A DNA stretch of 13,589 nucleotides, from NCBI GenBank assembly GCA_043801585.1, contig JAZDLX010000202.1, positions 1 to 13,589 on the forward strand, in the 5' to 3' direction. The notes beneath the pieces were generated by a model. The model made no database searches and had not been told where the DNA came from. It worked only from the letters and a program-made list of their open reading frames with translations. The translations under genes were made by a program, and so were the position numbers. Positions 7,421-13,589 of the stretch are shown in pieces (position 1 is the first letter of the stretch; every line of letters starts with the position of its first letter). Origin of the DNA: a bacterium (GTDB lineage Bacteria > Electryoneota > Electryoneia > Electryoneales > Electryoneaceae).

Positions 7421-9298
7421 ATGAAGATCGTCAGGGTAGCAACGTTGGTGGTGGGGGTCGCTCTGCTGCTTGGGATGGGGTGCGCCAAGCAAAACCCGGT
7501 GGAGAGCACCAATAATGCTCCGTCAATTCAATCGCTGACCTGGACCCCGCAGGACGTGCGCCCCGGAATCAATGTCACTCTCACGCTGAATGCCACGGAC
7601 GCAGACGGCGACACCCTCGATTACCAGTGGCAGGCTGACAGTGGAACGTTCATCGGCCTGACGACCCAGAGTTCGGCGATCTGGACAGCGCCTTCGAATG
7701 TCGGTCTTTGCAATGTGATTATCGCGGTGACGGATGGCGAAGCAACGGTTATTGACACCGCAGCGATTCTCGTCGCCATCGATCTGACCGTGGCGATTAC
7801 CGCCCCTGCTGACAGCATTTTCGTGGTGCCCGGAACGTCGATCACGTTCACCGGATCAGTCGCGGGGTATTCGTCCATTACCGGTGCAAAACCCTCCATC
7901 CGATGGTCATCGGACGTAGACAGCCTGCTTTCAACCGCTGCGGTATCCACCCAGGGCGTGACCACCTTCAGCACCACATCCCTTTCCGACACCATGCACC
8001 GTGTCAGCCTGACGGCGACCGTCAACGACACCATCATCGCCTCGGACACAGTCGTCGTGAACAACCACAAACCGGCGGCTCCGACGATTTACCACGTCGA
8101 GCGCGGCTACACGACCAATCGCGTTTCCTGGACGACCTCGTACAGAACGGACCGTTTCGAATCGTTTTCCCTGTTGCGCCGTGAGACCCCAACGGGAACC
8201 GAGAGCGAAATCGCACGGATCACCGGCATTGACACCACGCTCTATGTGGACGGTGATGTCGAAATCGGGCAACGTTACATCTACCGGGTCAAGCTGAAAA
8301 CAACCCTCGGCGCATTCGCCTACAGCGACACCACAAGTATCGTCACAGGTGTTTTCACAATCGTGGACAACAGCACAATCGGCGACCTCACCTTCGGTGC
8401 GGCGGCGGAATATCTTTACGCGACTCTTTACTCCACCGACAGGTTGCTCGTCCTCGACGTCACCGGCAACAACGTGGATCACACAATCACCGTCGGTGAC
8501 GCCCCCTGGGGCATTTGTGCAAACACTACCGACGACAAGATCTATGTCGCGAACTCATCTGATGCTTCAATCACAGTCCTCGACGCCGCCGATCCATCCA
8601 ACACGTCGCTTCAGTCGACGATTACGCTTCCCACGGACCCGCTTTATATCGACTATTTCGAGCAAGATTCGGTGCTCTATGTAACCAATGCCGAGAACGA
8701 TTATCCGTTAATCGTCAAGGAAAATGCTGACGGCAGCGCCACTGTAGACACCCTTGTCGATAGCCGATTGCGGTTGATCCAGACGGGTTCGATGGTCCGC
8801 GTGGACACAACCAACGAGCGTCTCTACATCAGCGAAGTGGGCAACTACGCTGCCGGACTGTGGCAGTATGATCTCTCCGGCGGCGGGACAGCTCCGGTTT
8901 TCCTGCGGACCATCACCCACGGCGCGCTGGGGTACGGCCTGCAGGATCTTGCGCTTGTGCCCCCCACATTCGACGAAATTCTGGTTGCCGCCACATCCCC
9001 CTATTCAGTCACCATTGTCAACGCAGCAACCCTTGCCCCTTCCGATTCACTCCAGACCGGTCCTTATCCCAACGCTGTCGCTGTAAGTCCCGACGGGTCG
9101 ACAGCCTATGTTTCCCTCTCCAGCAGCGACGTGCAGACCTGGGATCTCGCCACCGGAACGCTGCAGCAGACCTATCATTTCGCTGAGCCCGTGGACCGGG
9201 GTGGTGTCAAAATCAGCCCGGACGGCGCGTTCATGGTTGTTGCAACCTACAACAGCAACACCCGTGACTCGCGCCTCTGCATCGTCTATCTCCAGTAG
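7421..9298 (+). CDS. Multidomain lipoprotein: PKD/Ig-like domains, Fn3-like domain and C-terminal YVTN/YncE-type beta-propeller
   Basis: MKIVRVATLVVGVALLLGMG-C lipobox; NNAP.I...V.L...ATDADGDTLDYQW (PKD/Ig); VAITAPAD...ITFTGS...WSSD.D (Ig); VSW...Y.D..V..G..Y.YRV (Fn3); ITVGDAPWGI....KIYVANS.D.SITVLD, YVTN and AVAVSPDGSTAYVS (YVTN repeats). Start uncertain (in-frame GTG at 7388 is an alternative). Confidence 0.8.
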   Translation: MKIVRVATLVVGVALLLGMGCAKQNPVESTNNAPSIQSLTWTPQDVRPGINVTLTLNATDADGDTLDYQWQADSGTFIGLTTQSSAIWTAPSNVGLCNVIIAVTDGEATVIDTAAILVAIDLTVAITAPADSIFVVPGTSITFTGSVAGYSSITGAKPSIRWSSDVDSLLSTAAVSTQGVTTFSTTSLSDTMHRVSLTATVNDTIIASDTVVVNNHKPAAPTIYHVERGYTTNRVSWTTSYRTDRFESFSLLRRETPTGTESEIARITGIDTTLYVDGDVEIGQRYIYRVKLKTTLGAFAYSDTTSIVTGVFTIVDNSTIGDLTFGAAAEYLYATLYSTDRLLVLDVTGNNVDHTITVGDAPWGICANTTDDKIYVANSSDASITVLDAADPSNTSLQSTITLPTDPLYIDYFEQDSVLYVTNAENDYPLIVKENADGSATVDTLVDSRLRLIQTGSMVRVDTTNERLYISEVGNYAAGLWQYDLSGGGTAPVFLRTITHGALGYGLQDLALVPPTFDEILVAATSPYSVTIVNAATLAPSDSLQTGPYPNAVAVSPDGSTAYVSLSSSDVQTWDLATGTLQQTYHFAEPVDRGGVKISPDGAFMVVATYNSNTRDSRLCIVYLQ

Positions 9299-9478
9299 GC
9301 GGTGTTCAATTTTCAGGCAAACAATCCATTCTGGAAACTTTCTTCCCTCAGGATTGTCCTATCGGCTCCGATGCCCTTCCAAGTTCCTTGCGTTCAATCG
9401 GTTTGCGCCGTATTCTTCGTGCCGCTTCAGGAAAGACTGCCTTCCGTCTCCGAGGCCCGAGGCGCTGGTTGCAGCGAG

Positions 9479-9507
9479 TTGACTCGTGGAGGAGGGAGGT
9501 CTATATT
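9479..9507 (+). promoter_or_regulatory. Sigma70 promoter of the rplM-rpsI operon
   Basis: TTGACT (9479-9484), 17 nt, TATATT (9502-9507), 38 nt upstream of rplM. Confidence 0.8.
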
Positions 9508-9545
9508 CTCGGGCTTGAAAAACCAGGAAGATTTACGGTGGTATT

Positions 9546-9974
9546 GTGAAAACCGCGCACTTGAACAAAACAACCGTCGAGCGGCGTTGGTACGTGGTGG
9601 ATGCGAACGATCTGGTGCTTGGACGTCTGGCCAGCCGCATCGCCACCGTGCTGCGAGGCAAGCATAAGCCCACTTTCAGTCCGCATGTGGACGGCGGCGA
9701 TTTTGTGATTGTCATGAACGCCGAGAAGGTGAAGCTGACAGGATTGAAGCTTTCCCAGAAGACGTATCGCCGCCACTCCGGGTATCCGGGCGGCCACCGC
9801 ACGGAACTCGCGCAGACGGTTCTGAAAAAGAACCCGGAACGCGTGATTCGCCGTGCCGTGTGGGGCATGCTTCCCAAGGGGCCGTTGGGCCGTAGTCAGA
9901 TCCGAAAACTCAAGGTGTATGCCGGTGAGGAGCATCCTCATGCCGCGCAGATGCCTGAGCCACTGCCGCTTTAG
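9546..9974 (+). CDS. rplM: 50S ribosomal protein L13
   Basis: Motifs RRWYVVDA...LGRLAS.IA..LRGKHKP.F.PHVD.GD, GMLPKG.LGR and [18 protein letters not shown] start. Confidence 0.99.
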   Translation: MKTAHLNKTTVERRWYVVDANDLVLGRLASRIATVLRGKHKPTFSPHVDGGDFVIVMNAEKVKLTGLKLSQKTYRRHSGYPGGHRTELAQTVLKKNPERVIRRAVWGMLPKGPLGRSQIRKLKVYAGEEHPHAAQMPEPLPL

Positions 9975-9992
9975 GCAACGAGATTGAAAACG

Positions 9993-10394
9993 ATGGCAAA
10001 GATTCCAAGCAATTCCGTGTACGCCACCGGGCGGCGCAAGTCATCCGTGGCAAAGGTCTGGCTGGCTCCCGGCAAGGGCGAGGTGTTTGTCAACGGCCGC
10101 AGCCTGATGGACCACTTCAAGCGTGAGAGCCTGAAGCAGATCATCGAGCAGCCCCTCGCCGTCATCGACAGCCTCGGCAAGTACGATGTCTTCGCAGTGT
10201 GCAGCGGCGGCGGCCTCAGCGGTCAGGCGGGCGCTGTCCGTCTCGGCATCAGCCGTGCGTTGCTCAAAGTGGACGAAACGTTGCGCGGCAAGATGCGCGC
10301 ATTCGGCTTCCTGACCCGTGATCCCCGCGAGAAGGAACGCAAGAAGTACGGCCAGCCGGGCGCACGCAAGAAGTACCAGTTCTCCAAGCGCTGA
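9993..10394 (+). CDS. rpsI: 30S ribosomal protein S9
   Basis: Motifs ATGRRKSSVAKV, GGGLSGQAGAVRLGISRAL and GFLTRDPREKERKKYGQPGARKKYQFSKR. ATG at 9993 preferred to TTG at 9984. Confidence 0.99.
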   Translation: MAKIPSNSVYATGRRKSSVAKVWLAPGKGEVFVNGRSLMDHFKRESLKQIIEQPLAVIDSLGKYDVFAVCSGGGLSGQAGAVRLGISRALLKVDETLRGKMRAFGFLTRDPREKERKKYGQPGARKKYQFSKR

Positions 10395-10457
10395 AAACCC
10401 CTGTGGGGATGTCGTCAACTGCGGCGTTCCCGCTGTTTGAATGGACTTTTCTACGGG

Positions 10458-10486
10458 ATCGGGAGCGCCTTGCTCCCGATTCCTTT
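10458..10486 (+). terminator. Hairpin downstream of rpsI, possible weak terminator or attenuator
   Basis: Perfect 9-bp stem ATCGGGAGC-gcctt-GCTCCCGAT followed by TCCTTT (poor U-tract). Confidence 0.35.
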
Positions 10487-10591
10487 ACCCCCACCCGCGA
10501 TCCGGAAGCGCAACCCTTTTCCGGAGCCCGGGGGGAAAAACAGATACCGCAGGAAGCAGCCTGAAATCGGGAACCCCACGAGAGGGCGTTC

Positions 10592-10670
10592 CCACAAACG
10601 ATCCGATTCGGCCAAGGGCGGATCCCGGCAGTTGGGGAGGCCCTGCCTCGCGTCGATGACGGTCAAGGAA
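10592..10670 (+). ncRNA. rpsB (S2) autoregulatory leader RNA
   Basis: Directly upstream of rpsB. CACAAAC is followed by nested pairing GATC/GGTC, an internal loop GATT (10605-10608)/ATGA (10656-10659), CGGC/GTCG, AGGGC/GCCCT and TCCC/GGGA. This matches the S2-leader layout as I recall it; not checked against a covariance model. Confidence 0.55.
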
Positions 10671-10681
10671 AGGAAGTATTC

Positions 10682-11491
10682 ATGTCCCGAGTCAATGTTC
10701 AGCAGCTTGTGATGGCAGGCGCCCATTTCGGGCACCTGACCAGCCGTTGGAATCCGAAGATGCGTCCTTACATCTTCATGGAGAAAAACGGCATCTACAT
10801 CATCGATCTGAACAAAACCCTCAAGATGATCGAGAATGCGCTTGCGGCGATCAGCAAGATCACTGCAGCGGGCGAGCAGGTCCTGTATGTCGGCACCAAG
10901 AAACAGGCCCGCGACCTGATGCGCGACGAGGCTACCCGCGCGGGAATGCCCTTTGTAAACGAGCGCTGGCTCGGCGGCATGCTGACGAACTTCTCCACCA
11001 TCCGCAAGTCGATCAAGAAGCTCGAAACCCTCGAGAAAAAGGCAGTTGACGGCACCTACGAGAACATCACCAAGAAAGAGCGGTTGATGCTCGAGAAGCA
11101 GAAGGAAAAACTCGAGCGAAACCTTTCAGGCATGCGCACGATGAAGCGGCTGCCCGGCGCAGTGTTCGTCGTTGACACCCTCCAGGAGGAAATCGCGGTT
11201 CATGAAGCGGTGAAACTCGGCATTCCGATTTTTGCCATTGTGGACACAAACGCCAACCCGGACCCGATCAACTACCCGATCCCGGCGAACGACGACGCCT
11301 ACAAGTCGATTGGCCTGATCACCAAGACTTTCACCGACGCCGTCGTCGAAGGCTCCGCGCACGCCCAGGCCAAGAAACAGGCCGAAGCCGAGGAAACCGG
11401 AGGCCATGGCGGTGAAAGCGGAGGCGCTGAAAAGAAACGGCAGTCCGGTCCGCGTCGCCGCCGATCAGCCGCCCCCAAGGCGAAAGCCTGA
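10682..11491 (+). CDS. rpsB: 30S ribosomal protein S2
   Basis: Motifs AGAHFGHLTSRWNPKM.PYIF, IIDL.KT, VGTKKQA, ERWLGGMLTNF.TI, VDTN.NPD and IPANDDA. Confidence 0.99.
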   Translation: MSRVNVQQLVMAGAHFGHLTSRWNPKMRPYIFMEKNGIYIIDLNKTLKMIENALAAISKITAAGEQVLYVGTKKQARDLMRDEATRAGMPFVNERWLGGMLTNFSTIRKSIKKLETLEKKAVDGTYENITKKERLMLEKQKEKLERNLSGMRTMKRLPGAVFVVDTLQEEIAVHEAVKLGIPIFAIVDTNANPDPINYPIPANDDAYKSIGLITKTFTDAVVEGSAHAQAKKQAEAEETGGHGGESGGAEKKRQSGPRRRRSAAPKAKA

Positions 11492-11507
11492 TATCCATTT
11501 GCAATTC

Positions 11508-11544
11508 AGCGAGGGCGCCGGAAAAAAACTTCGGCGCCCTCGTT
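11508..11544 (+). terminator. Strong hairpin between rpsB and tsf (attenuator or processing/stability element)
   Basis: CGAGGGCGCCG (11510-11520) pairs perfectly with CGGCGCCCTCG (11532-11542). Only TT follows, so it is not a strong terminator. Confidence 0.5.
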
Positions 11545-11587
11545 CAAGAAACGTCATACGTTGAAACACGATTACGGAAGCGAAACG

Positions 11588-12463
11588 ATGTCGATCTCCG
11601 CGAAAGATGTGATGGCTCTGCGCCAAAAGACTGGCGCGGGAATGATGGACTGCAAGAAAGCTCTTGCAGAAACGAACAGTGATATCCAGGCCGCGATTAA
11701 ATGGCTTCGTGAAAAAGGCATCTCCTCCGCCGCAAAACGCGCCGGACGTACTGCGAACGAAGGACGCATCGCTGTTGCGATCAATGGCGACGCCACCAAA
11801 GCAGCAATCGTCGAACTGAACAGCGAGACGGATTTCGTCGCGATGAACGAGGAATTCATCCAGCTCACCAACGATCTCGTCGCGAAAGCTCTCGAGAAGG
11901 CAGTTAGCGCGGACGACAACGGCCTGATCCCTACGAACTCTTTCGACCTCGATCCGGCAACCCAACTTGCCGGTAAAATCGGTGAAAATATCGGACTCGC
12001 ACGTGCAGGAGCCCTTTCAGGCACCTTCGTGGATTCCTACATTCACCCCGGCGACCTGCTTGGCGTGCTGCTATTGCTCGTGGGCGACGGGGCGAAAACC
12101 GACGCCGGCAAGGTACTTGCGCATGACCTGACGATGCAGATCGCCGCTGCGTCTCCCCAGTTCGTGACCCGCGACCAGGTCCCGAAGGAAGTCGCCGAGA
12201 AGGAAAAAGAGATCTACAAGACGCAAATGCGCAACGAAGGCAAGCCGGAGGAGATGCTTGAAAAAATCTCCACCGGCAAGCTGAATAAATTCTATGAGGA
12301 GATCTGCCTCGTTGACCAGGTGTACGTCAAAGAGCAGAAGCAAAAAGTCCGCGACCGGATCGCCGAAGCTGTGAAAGCCGCCGGGGCGCCGATCGAGGTG
12401 AAAGCCTTCCTTCGTTTCAAGGTTGGCGAAACGGCCTCTGAATCCGAGGACAAGGGTGAGTAA
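11588..12463 (+). CDS. tsf: Elongation factor Ts
   Basis: Motifs [50 protein letters not shown] and [14 protein letters not shown] at 11588. Confidence 0.99.
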   Translation: MSISAKDVMALRQKTGAGMMDCKKALAETNSDIQAAIKWLREKGISSAAKRAGRTANEGRIAVAINGDATKAAIVELNSETDFVAMNEEFIQLTNDLVAKALEKAVSADDNGLIPTNSFDLDPATQLAGKIGENIGLARAGALSGTFVDSYIHPGDLLGVLLLLVGDGAKTDAGKVLAHDLTMQIAAASPQFVTRDQVPKEVAEKEKEIYKTQMRNEGKPEEMLEKISTGKLNKFYEEICLVDQVYVKEQKQKVRDRIAEAVKAAGAPIEVKAFLRFKVGETASESEDKGE

Positions 12464-13175
12464 GAAACTTCCCTACAAACGCGTGCTGCTCAAGCTTTCC
12501 GGCGAAATGCTTGCTGGAGGGCAGGGGTTCGGCATCGACGAAGAGATGTTGCGCGAAATCACCGAGGATCTGAGAGAGGTTCAAGCCCTCGGTGTCGAGT
12601 TGGGCATTGTTGTTGGCGGAGGAAACTTCTTCCGCGGACTGCAAGCGGCCGGGAACGGCATGGATCGCGTTCCCGCCGACCACATGGGCATGCTGGCGAC
12701 GGTAATCAACGCCATTGCATTGCAGAATTTTCTCGAAAATATCGGCGTACAGACCCGTGTGCTCTCCGCGATCAATGTTGAGGAAGTCGCCGAACCCTAC
12801 ATCCGCCGCCGTGCCATCCGTCACCTCGAAAAGGGCCGGATTGTGATTTTCGCCGCAGGCACGGGAAATCCGTTCTTCACCACTGACACCGCCGCCGCTC
12901 TTCGGGCCAGCGAAATCGGAGCCGAGGTGCTGCTCAAAGGGACCAAGGTGAACGGTGTCTACGACAGCGACCCGGTGAAGAACCCCGATGCCAAGATGTT
13001 TCAGAGTCTGAGTTTCCGCGATGTGCTGGATGGTGAACTTCGTGTCATGGACTTGACGGCAATAACCTTCTGCCACGATAATGGGATTCCCGTGCGTGTC
13101 TTCAACATGACAAAGCGCGGGAACCTGTTGAAACTGCTCAAAGGGGATAAGATCGGCACACTCGTCACCGAGTAG
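12456..13175 (+). CDS. pyrH: Uridylate kinase
   Basis: Motifs [51 protein letters not shown] and VMDLTA. GTG at 12456 follows GAGGA and overlaps the tsf stop (GTGAGTAA). Confidence 0.98.
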   Translation: MSKKLPYKRVLLKLSGEMLAGGQGFGIDEEMLREITEDLREVQALGVELGIVVGGGNFFRGLQAAGNGMDRVPADHMGMLATVINAIALQNFLENIGVQTRVLSAINVEEVAEPYIRRRAIRHLEKGRIVIFAAGTGNPFFTTDTAAALRASEIGAEVLLKGTKVNGVYDSDPVKNPDAKMFQSLSFRDVLDGELRVMDLTAITFCHDNGIPVRVFNMTKRGNLLKLLKGDKIGTLVTE

Positions 13176-13212
13176 TTTTTAGGGAACAGCGTACGGATGA
13201 TGGGAGGCAACC

Positions 13213-13589
13213 ATGGACCTTGACGAAGTCCTTTTGGACGCTGAGGACCGGATGGACAAATCGGTGCAGCACCTGCGCGAACAGATGGCGAAAATTCGCA
13301 CGGGAAAAGCATCCACCGGCCTGCTCGAGGGCATCGAGATCAACCTCTACGGAACCATGATGCCCCTGAAACAGACGGCGAACCTGTTGGCTCCCGAGGC
13401 AAGGTTGATTGTCATCCAGCCCTATGACAAAAACGCCATTCCCGCGATCGAAAAGGCGATCCTTCAATCGGATCTTGACCTGAACCCGGTGAACGACGGC
13501 ACCGTCGTGCGGATCAGCATTCCCCAACTCACCGAAGAGAGGCGCAAGGAAATTGTCAAGGTTGTGCACAAACACGCTGAGGACGCCCG
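13213..13589 (+). CDS. frr: Ribosome recycling factor; runs off the right edge
   Basis: Translated by hand from ATG at 13213 (after GGGAGG): MDLDEVLLDAEDRMDKSVQHLREQMAKIRTGKASTGLLEGI...IQPYDK..IPAIEKAILQSDLDLNPVNDG..VRISIPQLTEERRKEIVK. Confidence 0.98.
   Translation, partial: MDLDEVLLDAEDRMDKSVQHLREQMAKIRTGKASTGLLEGIEINLYGTMMPLKQTANLLAPEARLIVIQPYDKNAIPAIEKAILQSDLDLNPVNDGTVVRISIPQLTEERRKEIVKVVHKHAEDA

Noticed and set aside
7058..7512. ORFs 7058-7351 (+) and 7243-7512 (-) containing NVPGT peptides
   Set aside because: The peptide repeat is just the translation of the DNA palindrome; both ORFs overlap real genes and lack convincing starts.
9302..9478. ORF or ncRNA between the lipoprotein gene and the rplM promoter
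   Set aside because: ORFs 9108-9482 and 9302-9667 overlap real genes and have no motifs; I found no convincing stem-loop or tRNA-like pattern.
10541..10561. CAGATACCGCAGGAAGCAGCC resembles the SRP RNA domain IV core (CAGGUCC-GGAA-GGAAGCAGCC)
   Set aside because: The loop is GCA rather than a GNRA tetraloop, there is an extra base in the 5' strand, and the flanks (AAAAA versus CCTG) cannot form the closing helix. An Rfam scan would settle it.

Overview
Chromosomal window (about 60% GC by eye) from a diderm bacterium, probably FCB-superphylum-like given the rplM-rpsI-rpsB-tsf-pyrH-frr order. Left half, minus strand: lutABC lactate-utilisation operon, then a separately promoted putative metal-uptake unit (small His/Cys leader protein ending in RDPP, a His-rich lipoprotein, and a TonB-dependent receptor cut by the window edge). 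Plus strand: YcbB/LdtD-type L,D-transpeptidase, a GT2 glycosyltransferase, a 97-bp AT-rich element bounded by two inverted palindromes, a multidomain Ig/Fn3/YVTN lipoprotein, then rplM, rpsI, an S2-type leader RNA, rpsB, tsf, pyrH and a truncated frr. The best candidates for something new are the CruR/DUF2946-like leader with a non-canonical RDPP motif and the palindromic AT-rich element. All calls come from reading the sequence by eye; no searches were run.
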